DNA of 63,959 nt, counting the filler, from Octopus bimaculoides (Eukaryota), in assembly GCF_001194135.2 (NCBI RefSeq). It is 8 parts of 8 records of this genome, joined end to end, with 100 filler letters (N's around TTAATTAATTAA, not from the genome) between each part and the next. Parts side by side here need not be neighbours in the genome. Positions count along the whole stretch, not along the records: positions 3,718 to 16,765 come from NC_068988.1; positions 16,866 to 38,895 come from NC_069003.1; 6 more parts are not named here. One strand, written 5' to 3'. The position numbers and the translations under genes were made by a program. The notes below the pieces were generated by a model. It made no database searches. It was not told the DNA's origin and worked only from the letters and a program-made list of their open reading frames with translations. Of the stretch, positions 12,373-27,108 are shown in pieces; within the stretch, counting starts at the first letter, position 1; every line of letters starts with the position of its first letter.

Positions 12373-15300
12373 TCTATTAAATTAATAGATCTATTAAATT
12401 AATATCAATGTTTTTCTAACCTAACAAAAGAAGCACCTTTGTCTGAGAGAAATGAAAATGTCTTTCATCTAAAGTGATTGTATAAAGTAAAATATTTGTT
12501 TTAAATTTTGGCACAAGGCCAGCAATTTTGGGGGTAGGGGTAAGTCAATTACATCGACCACAATACTCAATTGGTACTTATTTTATCGACCCCAAAGGAT
12601 GAATGGTAAAATCGATCGAGGCGGTATTTGAACTCAGAATGTAAAGACTGGAATTGGAAGACCGTGAATAAAAATTAATAGTTATGCTAAGTTTATGTCA
12701 GGCTTTTAGTCTAGGAACCATCTGACATTCAAGTCATAGCGTACGATATGTTCGTGCATACCATATACTAAGATACTAATAATTCGACGAAACGACGTCC
12801 ATTACAGTATTAAAGTTTTCATTTCACAAGAACGTAAAATGATAAACCTAAAAAAGTAGAAAAAAGCCTGCATGACCACAATATTAATCTTTGTGGAAAA
12901 GATAAGTTCTTTCAGGGAATTAACTACTATAGCGAGAGAAAAACAGAAAGAAGAGTGGCAAGCCGTTGAAGATGGAAATCGAGTTTTAATCAACAAAAAT
13001 TGAAAGAAACTGAAACAGTGTATGAGTTAAATAGTTTTGTAATCAACCGAATACAGGCTATGAGATAAACGTTATTTTTTCAATTATATTTCAAAATTTA
13101 TATGCATTTTGGTACTTATGGCCTCAATCAAAATACGGCATTAAGTTTTCGTTATTCTCACATAATCCATCAGTTGGATACAATTTTAATATGTCCGTCC
13201 ATTAACTATATTTTTATTTAAATATATGCGATATACGTGAACATATACCAGAATTACGTTAGAAATCATATTTTGTGGCCAAATATTTGAAATATATTTT
13301 AAATCGCATTATCCAAATACAAGAAATAAAAATGACATATTTTATGTATTAGAATATCCCAATTTAAATCTTTATTCATTGTTAATATAAAAAACATATA
13401 ATTCTACATATGAACCAAACAAAATACACTCGAAATACTCTATGGGGGAAAACAACCTTATTGGTTTTTCTGTGGTAATATACTTTAACATCTCAATTTA
13501 AGGGACATTCTGGCGCCCTGTTCCTTAATTTCCTTCATAACAATATCACAATATGAAGCAATTCCCTTGTTCTTTACTGATATCACATTCTTTAGTAACC
13601 GAAGTAATCAAAGTGTCATTGTAAAAAGAATAAAGAAGAGTAATACTATTCCATAACTAATTTCATTGTTTGCTTTCGTCAATCTTTAACTAAAGTGGTT
13701 ATTGCCTCTGCTTACATTATTGTTAAGAGATCATTCAACAATGAAAGAAAACAACAAATAACAGATCTAAAAGGAAACAAAACAAGTTCAGATATTCTTA
13801 ACTCTGCAGAAAGACGAATATAAATTACGTAGCACAAAAAGCTAGCTGGGTAAGACCGCTTGGGAAATATAAGAGGTTCTACTACAATTTGCTACAACAT
13901 AAAATTTGAGTAGGAAAAGGTAATCTAAAAAAAAAAAAAGGAAGAAAAAGCACATCAACATATTAATGCATTAAATGGAACTGGTTTTCACATGAAGTTA
14001 CAGAGGGAGACAAAACCTAATACCTATCACTGAAACAATTCAGTATCCTGAGAAACGTGAAATTGGAGGAAAGCGAACAAAAGAAAAAAAAAAAAAGAAA
14101 AAGAAAAAAAAAAGAAAAAAAAAGAAAAAGAAAAAAACGTTCAACGATTTATAGACTTCACTTAGGCCTGAAAAAAAATTTGAGGTCAGATTTACTCAGA
14201 TAAGACTTGCTCTTCATAATTTGGGATTGCATGTTAAGAAGGTTTGTTGTTAAAATAGTTAGTCATATGAATTGCAGATTTGCTGAGTCTGTAAGAGAAA
14301 TCTATGCATTCGGCATAAGTGCAGTTATAAAAAAAGGAGGGTATAGAGATATGAACCTGTTTAATCAATTCCACCAGGGTCATAAGATTGTTGAAGGGAC
14401 ACGTGGTAAAAGCTGCAGCAGATGATTAATTATGGTAAAACCGAAACAAATAAATAAAGTAGTAAAAATGGAAGAACACATTACACCTTAACTTAACATA
14501 ATAGGAGTGAAAGAAGTCAAAATGAAATATCATACTAGAAATTTATCATAAGAACATTGGAAAACAAGAAATCGTTATTCATATAGACACGAAAAATGTC
14601 ATGAAATTAGACTGAAGAAGAGAAAATGCTGAAATCATAACACACCCCAACTCCAGATGTTCTCAATGGCATTCAGAATAGCGAATAGGAAATGGAAATA
14701 TTTCAGCGTCTTCTTAGAGCTATATCGTGATTAAGTAATGTAAACTGATAAGACTTGGATCTATATTGGTTTCGAAGATGATGATTCGTGTGTTTCATCA
14801 ACAAACCTATCTTCCAAATTCTGTTACCGTATAGGTTCGCTAAGTATTTCACAGACACTCATATTCAACGTATTATAAAAACCTAATGCGTGTAAAACAA
14901 TACGATGGTACCAGACCTCTAAATTACTGTTAAAAGTCATATGACAATTTATCGTACAATTTCTCTATACTCAATTTCACTCACAAGTTCGACCGACAAC
15001 GATTGAAAATGGTACTTGACTAATACACCATTGTGCAGCATTGCTAAATAGGTAAGCATTTCCTTTTGGAATATCATCATAATGTGTTATGGAGTAGATT
15101 ACAATACATATGAAAATATAGTCATAACATATTTCCGATTTGCACCATGTAATTGCGTGGCTGCCATATATAGTCATTCAGAGGCAATCACAAACTTTCA
15201 TATGTCATGTCAAAATATTTAAACTTGAAATTCAAACAAAACCCGAATTTACATTGTGATTATTTTTAGAGAGTTGATGACGAGATACGCCACTTCAGAA

Positions 15301-15868
15301 TAAATATCAGTAACTATCTCTTCAGCATTGACGAGATACCTTTTCAAATTCACCTTACTGATAATGTTGCTATTACTGTTCTTTTCCTTTAGCATCTCCA
15401 TAATCATTGCACTAGTACATTCAGTTAGAGATTGTTGATATCAGAGTTTCATTGAAAGTGAATAATAGTGAATCACGTATTGTAAACGAAAACCAAAGAA
15501 AGAATTAAAGAAAGGAAAAAAGAAAGATACACATTTTTTTTAGTATAGCCTTATTGACTAGCAGAAATAATTTGTTGGTGTACATCTTAAATGATAGCAG
15601 TAAACAAAATATATCCAATATTGAGCCAATATATCAGTTACGCCAAGATATGAAAAAAATTAAAGAAAATATCCATAATAATCCAAACACAAGGAAAATA
15701 AAATGATTTCAATAACATATAGAAATTAAGTTTCTCAAGAATATTTTCTAGATATATGTATATTTCCGGAGTATTAATAAAGCCATTTTCACATTTGCTA
15801 ATGTTATAATTAGTTAAGGTTGTCAAAACAGCAGTCGTTGAATAAATCATTATGCCTTCATGTAAGTA

Positions 15869-15911
<43 letters not shown>

Positions 15912-15965
15912 NNNNNNNNNNNNNNNNNNNNNNNNNNNNNNNNNNNNNNNNNNNNNNNNNNNNNN

Positions 15966-16028
<63 letters not shown>

Positions 16029-16184
16029 ATGTGTGTGTGTGTGTGTGTGTGTATACATACATATGTTACATATATATAATGTGCGTTTAAATTACGCAAC
16101 AATGAAAATAACACTTCCATCTTGTTTTAACAGATATATTTACCAAAATAACATTAAAATATCTTGAAATACTAAAGAGTAAAT

Positions 16185-16703
16185 TTATTCAATGAAAGCA
16201 CCATTGGCTTCAACTACCGCCTCCAGACGACTTCGGAATATCTTGCAACTTCACTGGACGGTCATCTTGTTGAAGTTGGTGAATACTGCCATACTCCTTT
16301 CCTTGAGTTCATCTTTGTTGTTACAAGGAGTCTTGTTGGTCTCTCGCGCAACTGCGCCCCACACATGATAATCAAGGGGGTTACAGTCTGGGGAGTTAGG
16401 TCGCCAGATGTTAGGAGTGATGTGATCCCAGAAATTGTGTGACAGCCATGACTGGATTCTCCTACTTGTGTAGCATGGTGAAGTGTCCTTCTGCCAGACA
16501 CACTGTCTTCTAGCAGCCACCTTATTGGCAGAGGTCAGTACTACCTCCTCCAGGCAATTGTTGTTAGCTTCCGTGATGAGTGTTAGGCCGTGAGGGAAGA
16601 TGATTGGAGGTATATAGTCACCTCCACTAGTGGTAATTCCAAACACCACAATGGCGACTGACTGTTTCATTTTTGTCACACTCGGTACATGTCCGAAATA
16701 CAA
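16185..16703 (-). pseudogene. maT (DD37D) Tc1/mariner transposase C-terminal remnant
   Basis: VWQKDTSPC..W.PNSPDCNPLDYHVWG; I count 37 residues between the second and third catalytic Asp. After an internal stop it continues as FRSRLEAVVEANGAFIE*. Confidence 0.88.
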
Positions 16704-16707
16704 CGTG

Positions 16708-16759
16708 GGCTTGTCCCACAGAGAACGTTTCCCGCTATCCTTGTGAGTACACCCTCGTA
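16708..16759 (-). mobile_element. Solitary mariner TIR fragment, same family as the element at 43652
   Basis: The reverse complement TACGAGGGTG...GAAACGTTCTCTGTGGGACAAGCC matches 43652-43698. Confidence 0.7.
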
Positions 16760-16891
16760 TATATANNNNNNNNNNNNNNNNNNNNNNNNNNNNNNNNNNN
16801 NNNNNNNNNTTAATTAATTAANNNNNNNNNNNNNNNNNNNNNNNNNNNNNNNNNNNNNNNNNNNNATATACATATGTATATATATGTATAT

Positions 16892-16931
<40 letters not shown>

Positions 16932-17247
16932 GTATATATATGTATATACACACACATATATATATATATACATATGTATATATATGTATATACACACACA
17001 CATATATATATATATACATATATGTATATATATGTATATACACACACATATATATATGTACATACATATATATAGATATACATACATATATATATACACA
17101 CCCACACACACACACACACACACATATACAAAGCAGTGTAAACAATTAACTAATATTTTCATTTTTACACTTAGCTATTTCGCACTCTAAATATCATAAC
17201 TATATATGCTCCATTTTACATAAAACACTATGTGTGTATGTACGTGT

Positions 17248-17346
<99 letters not shown>

Positions 17347-17885
17347 CGCGCGCGTATGTACATGCATAAACAATTATGTTCCGAATCACTTGAAAGCTGT
17401 TTCTAATTTTGGACATTATGACACCTAATGACGTCAAAGTATTACATTAGCATTTCTACCAACAAAATACATAAAACAGTTATAAAGCTTAATTATTGAT
17501 GAGAAAAAGACAAAAAGGAAAGAAGAGCCATAATGCAACAGATCTGTTTTTAATTTTTGCAGGTTCCTATTGGTCGTTCTGTTGATCACACAAACATCAT
17601 ACGCAATTAAATCTGCCATCTTACATTGTTATTGATGTATCCAGAACTAGTGGAGTCATCTTGCTGTTAAAAGCTGAATTATGTTTAGCTCTGTTTTAAT
17701 GTCTTTACATAAATGATTTACGATGTTGAATAAGCTCTTTGCTCTTCGCTTGCATAACTCTTGTTGACGAATCAATTTCGGAATAAAAAGCAATGAAACA
17801 CATCTATCAGCCCACATACGTTTTATTAATGTCATACATTCCAAATATACGAAAATATACACATTTCTGAACACATCTATCTCCC

Positions 17886-17955
<70 letters not shown>

Positions 17956-17960
17956 CTATC

Positions 17961-17994
<34 letters not shown>

Positions 17995-18024
17995 GATCCA
18001 TCTATCTATCTTGCTAGCTAGCTA

Positions 18025-18063
<39 letters not shown>

Positions 18064-18259
18064 ATAATTAATCCCCTCCAAAACAGAAAACGGAGAAAAA
18101 AACAAGAAAAAGCAACAACGCGAGGAGGTGGTACATGTAAAGTATTACTGTCTGTCTGAGTCTGCCGGTCATGCTAGTTTGCTAGGTAACTAGTTATGTA
18201 TGTTTATTTACCAATCAAGCATTTAATTCTCTCTCTCTCTCTTGCTTGCTCTTTCCAAC

Positions 18260-20213
18260 TAGCGGTTGACATGGGGGACATACGTGGGATATATGACGGG
18301 ATAAAGGAAGCAATAGGACCAGCACAATGCAAGATAACGCCACTGTAAAACCAAAGCTGAAGCAAATGGAGAGAGAGTGGAGCATTACTTCGAGTTATAC
18401 TCCCAGGATAGTTCCATTTCGGAAACAGCGCTGAACAGCTTGGTAAGTTTGCCGGTCAGGGACGAACTGGACATACCCCCAACTGTAGAGGAGTTAGAAA
18501 AAGCACTCGACTCACTACCAACTGGAAAAGCGCCTGGAGTAGATGGGATACCAGCTGAAGTTATCAAGTGTCCGAAAGAAGACATCCTACACCAACTCCA
18601 TCATACCCTGTGTCATTGCTGGGAAGAAGAGGAGATACCGAGTCATATGGAAGACAGTAATATTGTCACGTTGTATAAAACAAAGGAAGCAGGAGTCACT
18701 GAGACAGCTATAGAGGTATATCACAGCTCAGTGTCGTCGGGAAGGCATTTGCTCACGTGGCTATCGACCGGGTTCGGAAACTTGCAGAAAGGATCTACCC
18801 AGAATCTCAAAGTGGTTTCAGATCCGGACGATCCACGATGGATATGATTTTCTCCCTTAGGCAGTTACAAGAGAAGGGCAGGGAACAGAACCAACCTCTC
18901 TGCACTGCATTCGTTGACTTGGCGAAGGTGTTCGACACGGTGAGTAGGAATGGGCTGTTATATGCTCTTGGGATGATTGGGTGTCCTCGACTGCTCTGCA
19001 TCCTTGAGTCTTTCCATTTGTGCATGAAGGCCTCAGTACAATTCAACAGAAACACCTCAGAACCCGGTGATGTTCGACGTGGGGTAAAACAGGGATGCGT
19101 GCTTGATCCTACCCTGTTCAACATCTACTTCGCTGTCATGCAGTTGGTACGCAAAACGACAGCGTTTGCCTCCACACAAAGTCGGACGGTAAACTACTCA
19201 ATCTTTCAAGGCTTAATGCGAAGATCAAAATTCGCAGGGTTTACGTCCGGGAGATGCTGTTTGCCGACGACGCGGCTCTAGTAGCTCATTCAGAACTGCA
19301 ATTGCAAACAATGACGGACAATCTGAACCGGGTGTGCTGTGCCTTCAGCTTAACAACAGAAGACCAAGGTAATGGACCAAGGCGTCTCGGATACCCCCAT
19401 CCTTACCATCAACAACCACTCACTCGATGTGGTCCGTGAGTTTACGTACCTTGGCTCAACAATTACGGATGGCCTCACACTCGGCCAGGAGCTGAACAGG
19501 AGAATCAGGTTAGCAACTTCGACCTTCACCAAACTAGCTCAAAAAGTGTGGTTAAACGGCAAACTGACGAGATCCACCAAATTCACAGTCCATAAAGTAT
19601 GTGTCCTCACCTGGTGCCTTTACGCCAGACAAGAGCGCCGCCTGAATACCTTCCATCTGCGCAACCTTCGGAGTATTCTCGGGGTCAAGTGGAACGACCG
19701 CATCACCAACAACGAGATACTTACCCGTTCCCGGCTATTAACTACTTGCACACTACTTCGGCAACGCCGTCTCCGATTGCTGGGACACGTGCACCGGATG
19801 CTTCAAGAGATGTTACCTTAGGATATACTGTATTGGGGAGCTAACCTCCGTCAGACATACTCGCGGAGGACCACATCTCCGTTTCAAGGATGTGTGCAAA
19901 TGTGACACGAAAGCCGATGGTATGAATAACCTGGGAGAGCATGGCAAATGACCGTTCCTGCTGGAGACAAACGCTGAGTACCGCCCTGAGGGAAGGAGAA
20001 AATCACAAACGTCAGACAACAGAGGACAGACGGAGACGCAGAAAGACCGAACCATCAACAAACGACGACCAACAGACCAACCACATTTGCGACCGTTGCA
20101 GCCGTGACTGTCACTTACGCATTGGCCTTGTCAGTCACAAGTGATGCTGCAACACCAATCCAATTCAATCCAAGGCGCGGATCCATAGTCTTTCGAGACT
20201 AACGGGTGCCAAT
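18260..20213 (+). mobile_element. 5'-truncated RTE-clade LINE (RT plus C-terminal CCHH-like motif), frameshifted
   Basis: GKAPGVDGIPAE, YRGI..LS..GK, PESQSGFR.GRST.DMIF.LRQLQEK, AFVDL.K.FDTV, GVKQGC...PTLF, LFADD, F.YLGS.I, RRLR..GHV.RM, CDRCSRDC..RIGL.SH. The 3' end has a TAGTC/GACTA stem-loop followed by GGGTGCCAA. Confidence 0.93.
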
Positions 20214-20215
20214 CA

Positions 20216-20252
<37 letters not shown>

Positions 20253-20374
20253 GCACATACATACACACACACACATATATATTATAATTCTGCTTGTTCG
20301 TTCGTTCACACGTTACGTTTTAGCTTGTTAGAGAGAGGAGGAGTAACTGAGAGGTAGAGTGAGAGTAACAATGT

Positions 20375-20423
<49 letters not shown>

Positions 20424-20843
20424 TAAACTGTTTAGCATAGGGAAATTTTAAAATTACATTATATATTATTGTGACTGGAAGTGAAACAACATAGCAAAAT
20501 AGCTGTAGATGTTATTTTTTAAATTTGCAATGAAATTGAAACTAGTCATGTAAATAAAAACATTATTTATATTCTCTATATCGTTCTGTGTACATTCATT
20601 GTATATAATGTAAAGTAATTATGATAAAATATTGCGTAATATGTAATATGCAATTATATATTAATCTTGCAGTTTCGAATGATATGCGTATTAAGTATTG
20701 TATAGTTTTTTATTGTATATTTTTCTATTATTTCTTGCACAAGCAACAATAAGATTTATTTGCAATAAAAATGCAAATTATTCTTTGTCGCTTAAGCAGC
20801 TCCTCTTAAGTTTTTTCGTTCGATGGAATTTCCATGGGTCCCG

Positions 20844-20900
<57 letters not shown>

Positions 20901-21429
20901 ATAGATAGGTACATAAATAGATAGATATATGTATATATATGCACGAATATATGCACACACACACATGTACATATATACACACACACAAAAGAGGCATATG
21001 TCGGCACACACATATGCATATACAAACAAATAGATATACACATACATACCTTCGTTTGATACACGAAAGTCAAGTACTTTAAGTCCCCTAATCCTTTTTT
21101 ACCGTGAGTTGATGACAGGCATTAATAAGAACAAATAAGGCCTTGTTATTTTCCGACAAAACTAGGAAGATATATGCAGTGGAACCTGACTTCTGTAACC
21201 AGCTTCACAATAATATTACACAAAATTATTCTAAAGCAAAGCGCAAAGCTTACAGCAACATAAATACTAATGCTAAACGCATAAGTTTAAGCTGAAACAA
21301 TACTTGTGAAACGTAGAACTTTTATTTCTTTAAACGTCTATAAAAATAACTTTACATGAAACCCTAGATATAGATTTATATACCCTGCCAAATCAGAAAT
21401 ATGTCGCAACAGTAAGAAACATTAACAGG

Positions 21430-21850
21430 CACAGGCGTGACTGTGTGGTAAGAAGCTTACGGTAACAAGGCTTGTGGTAACAAAGCGGTGAGCTGGCAGA
21501 AACGTTAGCACGCCGGACGAAATGCTTAGCAGTATTTCGTCTGCCGTTACGTTCTGAGTTCAAATTCCGCCGAGGTCGACTTTGCCTTTCATCCTTTCAG
21601 GGTCGATAAATTAAGTACCATTTACGCACTGGAGTTGATGTAATCGACTTAATCCCTTTGTCTGTCCTTGTCTGTCCCCTCTATGGTTAGCCCCTTGTGG
21701 TCAATAAAGAATTAAATAAGAAGCTTGCTTCCCAGCCATATGGTTCTTGGTTCAGTTACACAGCATGGAATCTTGGACAAGTATCTTCTATATAGCCGCG
21801 GACCGACTAAAGCCTTGTGAATGGATTTAGTAGACGGAATACGCGCGCGC
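21430..21850 (+). mobile_element. SINE family A head interrupted by a nested family B SINE (~21484-21716)
   Basis: TAAGAAGCTT is duplicated at 21449-21458 and 21717-21726 around the insert. Confidence 0.85.
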
Positions 21851-21855
21851 ACACA

Positions 21856-21922
<67 letters not shown>

Positions 21923-21923
21923 T

Positions 21924-22634
21924 CGAAGGAGAGTCAAAAATTATATGCATTCTTGTTTTTTCAAAGTATTTACACAAAAGCAGGAGATAAACAAGTACGT
22001 CATTTTTCTAAATAATCTTCCTTTCCGATGCACATGGTCCGGCGGACCACAAGCTTTCGTATTCCCTCCAAGAAGAAGGTTTTCGGTTGTCGTGCAGCCA
22101 TTAATGCACCGCTTCCTTCAGATCTACATCTGTAGGAAATCGACGACCTCGTAAACCATCTTTGAGCGGTCTAAAAATATGATATTCGGAAAGGGCGAAA
22201 TCTGGGATGCAGGAAGGTGTTCCAGCACCTCAAAACCCAATTGATCAATGGTTTCAACGGTCTGGACGGCCGTGCATGGGCGTGCATTGTTATGCCACAC
22301 CAAAACTGTCTTCGAGAATAGGCTTCTTCGTTTGGTGCCAATTGTTGGCCTCAGTTTGTTGATCAGCAAAACACTGTATCTTGCACTGTTGATCGTACAC
22401 TTCTTTTCCAGAGAAATCGGATCCCTACTCTTTGTTCTTCTTTGATGCACATTGCTAGTGGAGGGCTCATGCATACACTGTAAAGCCAAAAGGAAAAAAA
22501 TGGCACGATCAGGCTCAAACGTCGATCACGTGATCACAATAGTATCAAATATAAGCATGCATTCGCAGAAGGAAGTACGATAATAATAAAGATATGATAC
22601 GTCGAAAGTGCGGATAATTTTTGACTTCCCCTCG
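21924..22634 (-). mobile_element. Internally deleted mariner (DD34D-type) element with both TIRs
   Basis: TIR CGAGGGGAAGTCAAAAATTATCCGCA at the right end (TA-flanked) with a degenerate copy at the left end. Internal remnant INSARY..L..KLRP.I..KRR......HNNARP.TA..T.ETI.QLGFEVLEH. Confidence 0.85.
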
Positions 22635-22654
22635 TACACGCGCGCGCGCGCACA

Positions 22655-22698
<44 letters not shown>

Positions 22699-23349
22699 CT
22701 GACAACGTGTATCTGTCTGTCTGTCTGTCTGTGTGTATGTGCGTATCACTAAAACTTGAGAACTACCCAACGCATATCATTCAGATTTTACACATACACT
22801 ACTTAGGGTCGATGGAGTATCATGGGCCAAAAAAAGTTTTCGACTTCTTGCCTAATGTGAGCCCGGAGCAATCTCTTATACTGTTTCAGTGTTACGTGTC
22901 AAAAGTCAAACAATAACATATCTAATGTAATGTGACATAAGTTTCGGTTTTGATAGTTTCACTATATATATAATATATACATCGTGAAACTATTAAAAGT
23001 GAAACTATCCGTAGAGAGAGAGAGAGAGAGAGAGAGAGAATGGAGTTCCCCTTTCCTATTTATCATTTATTTATTTAGTCATTTACCATTGTATTGGAAT
23101 GAGTTTAAGGATGGTGACCTCTTCAAAAGATATAAATAAATAAAATAAAATTNNNNNNNNNNNNNNNNNNNNNNNNNNNNNNNNNNNNNNNNNNNNNNNN
23201 NNNNNNNNNNNNNNNNNNNNNNNNNNNNNNNNNNNNNNNNNNNNNNNNNATATATTTACGTAAAGCTAGAACATCCCAATGCTCCACAATTATAAATAAA
23301 TAGGCACACACACATACACGTTAACTGGTTTTTAATATACAACCAAATT

Positions 23350-23790
23350 AGCGGTGAGCTGGCAGAATCATTAGCACGCCGGGCGAATTGCTTAGCGGTA
23401 TTTCTTCTGTTTTTACGTTCTGAGTTCAAATTCCACCGAGGTCGGCTTTGCCTTTCATCCTTCGGGATCGATAAATTAAGTACCAGATGCATACTGGGTT
23501 CAATTTAATCGACAGGCCCCCTCCTCCAAAAATTTCGAGCCTTGTGCCGAAAGTAGAAAAGGATATATAGCCAAGTTGGCGGCGAGCTGGTAGAATCGTT
23601 AGCATGCCGGGCAAAATGCTTAGCGACATTTCGTCCGTCTTTATGTTCTGAGTTCAAACTTCGCCGAGGTTTAATTTGTCTTTCTTTCTTTCGGTGTCGA
23701 TAAAATAACTATCAACTGAGTACTGGGGTCGATGTAAAAGACTTATCCCTTCCCCCAAACTTGCTGGCCCTGTGCCAAAACTTGAATCCA
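23350..23790 (+). mobile_element. Tandem pair of tRNA-derived SINE family B (GGCGAGCTGGCAGAATCG head)
   Basis: A box TGGCAGAATC, B box GAGTTCAAATTC, core GCCTTTCATCCTTTCGGG.TCGATAAA.TAAGTACCAG. Further copies at ~6740-6880(-), 10985-11140(+), 12500-12660(-), 27830-28010(+), 33945-34130(+), 45415-45615(-), 48690-48815(-). Confidence 0.85.
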
Positions 23791-25474
23791 ATATAGAACC
23801 AAGTAAGTATTTTAGTGGAAAGAAAAATAGCTGTGTCTGAATATAAACCAGTATATCAATAGAACTCTGTTTATCTACCTTGGTGAGTTGACAGGGAAAG
23901 CTAACCACGTTGATTTGCAAACTCCAAACATATACGCATTAGACTGAATACTGCAGGCAATTTAGCGGAGTGATCTATCCTTCAGCTATATCTAAATCTT
24001 TGATATTTATGTTGTTCTAATTACACACAGATTTGAGAATGACAGAGTACTATAATTAAAATACTTAGCTGTTAACAGTCCGCTACTGTATAGATTTTTT
24101 AATTACAATCAATAAGTACTGTCTCAGCTAAACTTTAAGTAAACAAGGTGGCTGGGTAGAAACATTAATTTTAACAAAGTTTTCAAAATAGTTGTTTAAA
24201 TTGAAATTTCAAATTCATAAGAAGTGTATATTTGGTACAACTGAAATCTGCTGAACATGGAGGACGAATCAAAATATGATTTTTAAGATCAGTAAGGCCA
24301 TATGATTATCTAAGCTCGAATCATTAGCATTCCCAGTCAAATAGAATATGATAGAAGTTGAATGACTTTCTTTCCTAAAGTGATCATCACTTTTCGTGAT
24401 TATCTGTTGGTCGGTCGAAATGTTTGAAACGTCTTACTTGTATTGTGTTCATGTCGTAGCGTTAAATTATGCTTTTGTCCCACGACGTTTGATAACAAAA
24501 AGACAGCTTGAAGTGAGAATTAATAGATGATATTATCGGTACTGTATGATAAGGGATTCCTGATACCAAATGTTTGGTGATACAATGTTGCTAAAAAAAT
24601 ATATATAATCCTTTGAATATAAAAAAGTATTAATCAATACGGTGCTGCAGCATGGCCGCAGTCTATTGACTGAAACAAGTAAATGGTGAAAAATAATGTA
24701 TTTCTTCGGGGTAATACGACCCTTAATGCTAGTAAAGAGAAAAGACAAGACTAAAAGTAGTATTGAGTCTGTATTTCAGAAACACAAAACGAATAAGATT
24801 TGGAAAGTCGTTCCAACGAAATATTAGGAAATAAAAGACATCAATAAACTTTAAGAAAGAACTCTTATTGAAGATACATTTCTGAAAAGTCAGTATATTC
24901 TTTTTGCTTTTTTCGGTTTTCTTTCTTTAGTTGTTTTCTGAAGCATCACCTACAGTGACCGTTTCAATTTGATTTGCTACAATGAATTACTAAGATGACC
25001 TGGAAATTTAGAGTGACATAACAATTTTTAGAGGACTTTAAAGTGAAAAAGAGAGGTATTCATGACTCCAGCAGTTGATAACTATGCATGAGTCATTGCA
25101 GAAAATGTGTGGCTAAATTGCACATAGTTAATGTTATAGTACAGAAATTTGAAGTTAAAATCGGAATTTACGTGAATTGAGCTTCAAGGAATGTCTCCGA
25201 ATATTATGTTTTGTTCATATCCTTCAGGATCGATAATCTATGGACTAAGATCAATTCAACTGGCATCACTCTTGCACTAGAATCTTGTATCTTTGAGCCA
25301 ATCTATTAAATCATTAATCATCTCTCTTTTGATTTTGTATTCGGTTCTGGTTTGTCTGCAACGAACAAGGAAGCATTTTTCTTTCTGTTTTTTTTTTTTT
25401 AGCTTTCTATTTCAGAAAAATAATGGTATGTAGAAAATGTCTTTCAAATAACCCCCTCCCAACACACACACACA

Positions 25475-25534
<60 letters not shown>

Positions 25535-27042
25535 GAATAAAAATGAAATACATCTAACAACCTAGTAATGAAACACAATGATAACAACATCAACAACAAC
25601 GCCATCAATGCGCTGCAAAAGGAAACTAAATATAATCATATGATCAAATTTCCTTTCTTTGTAGCAGCTTATTACTCTGAAAATAATATCGATCAGGTTG
25701 ATTGTAACCAAAAATAGCTTCTGCCTATTTGTTTCAAAAATGAGATCAATTTCTATATGAGTTTTATCAGTCTTATATTAAATACGTAGCTGATGTTTGA
25801 TTTGGTAACAAAGTATGAATCCAGTACAAAATATAATGACTCGCTTCATCGATTCGTTATTTATAGCACAACATAAATCTATAGTCATCCAAATGTTTAT
25901 TAGTGCAGCATTTCTTCAGTATTTCATCTTCAGTCTTTTGTCAACTAACTTGTAATTATTTCAATTTTAACAGTCAAGTTTTTGAAGTTTTCACCGGAAT
26001 TTTATGCGGATTCTACTCACATTGGGAGATTTTCGAGATTTTCGAGCGAGTCAAGGGAAAGATTGAATCTTGAATCAAGAGAATAGACTAAATCACATAT
26101 TCAAATATTAAATGCTTGCTTATATAAAAACCCAATGACTTCTTCAAATACTGTCTGGGTGAATTCTAACGAATGTCTTGTTATTCATTGCGCGGTGTGC
26201 TTATGTAAATATCGGCAATATTTTCATTTGGAATAGACTCCATCCACTCCACAAATGTTGGTTGATACAATGGCTTAGGCTTCTTACCTCAACCCCGACT
26301 TAAATAAATACCAAATCAAGTAATTTTTATGAATCATTATGAATGTCCTATTGAGTGTTGGTTCTTAGCATCGATTTTTTTTAGTTGTATGAAGGAGATT
26401 AAATCAGGATTTATCCTGGATCACATAGTAACAATTACACACACACACACACACACGCACACGCACACGCACACGCACACACACACATAAGATAAAAAAA
26501 GAGAAGGCGGAATGTTCCAGCAAAAACAAATTTATATTACCACAACAATTGTTTCATCTCCCAGATCCGCTGCTCCCTTGTGGGCGTGGAATGATGCAAT
26601 AACACCAGATGCAACGCCCAGTGCATAGAAGACTCCTCAGGTGGGATCATAAGGCTTTAAGCTGAGAGATTTACATTTCAGGTTCGCTGTATCGAGAGAA
26701 TTTAACAGTTAGACAGACGTACAAACAGACGCGCACATTCTTACGTTTAAATCAATGCAAAAACATACAGACGCACACATTAATAATCATATTCGTAGGC
26801 ACACGCCAGCACACACCACATGTATGTATGTCAGTCAATCAAACACGCACACAGCTATACACGCATACAGAAACACACCTACACACACCGATACATCCCT
26901 CAGGGCACACAGATTCACCCACTCAGACACATACAGAGATCACATCAAAACTGCCACCATGGAGCACACGCACGTGCACAGGTACACCCACAGACACACT
27001 CACACAGGCACTCTCACACCCTCACGCAATCCTCACAGACCA

Positions 27043-27108
<66 letters not shown>

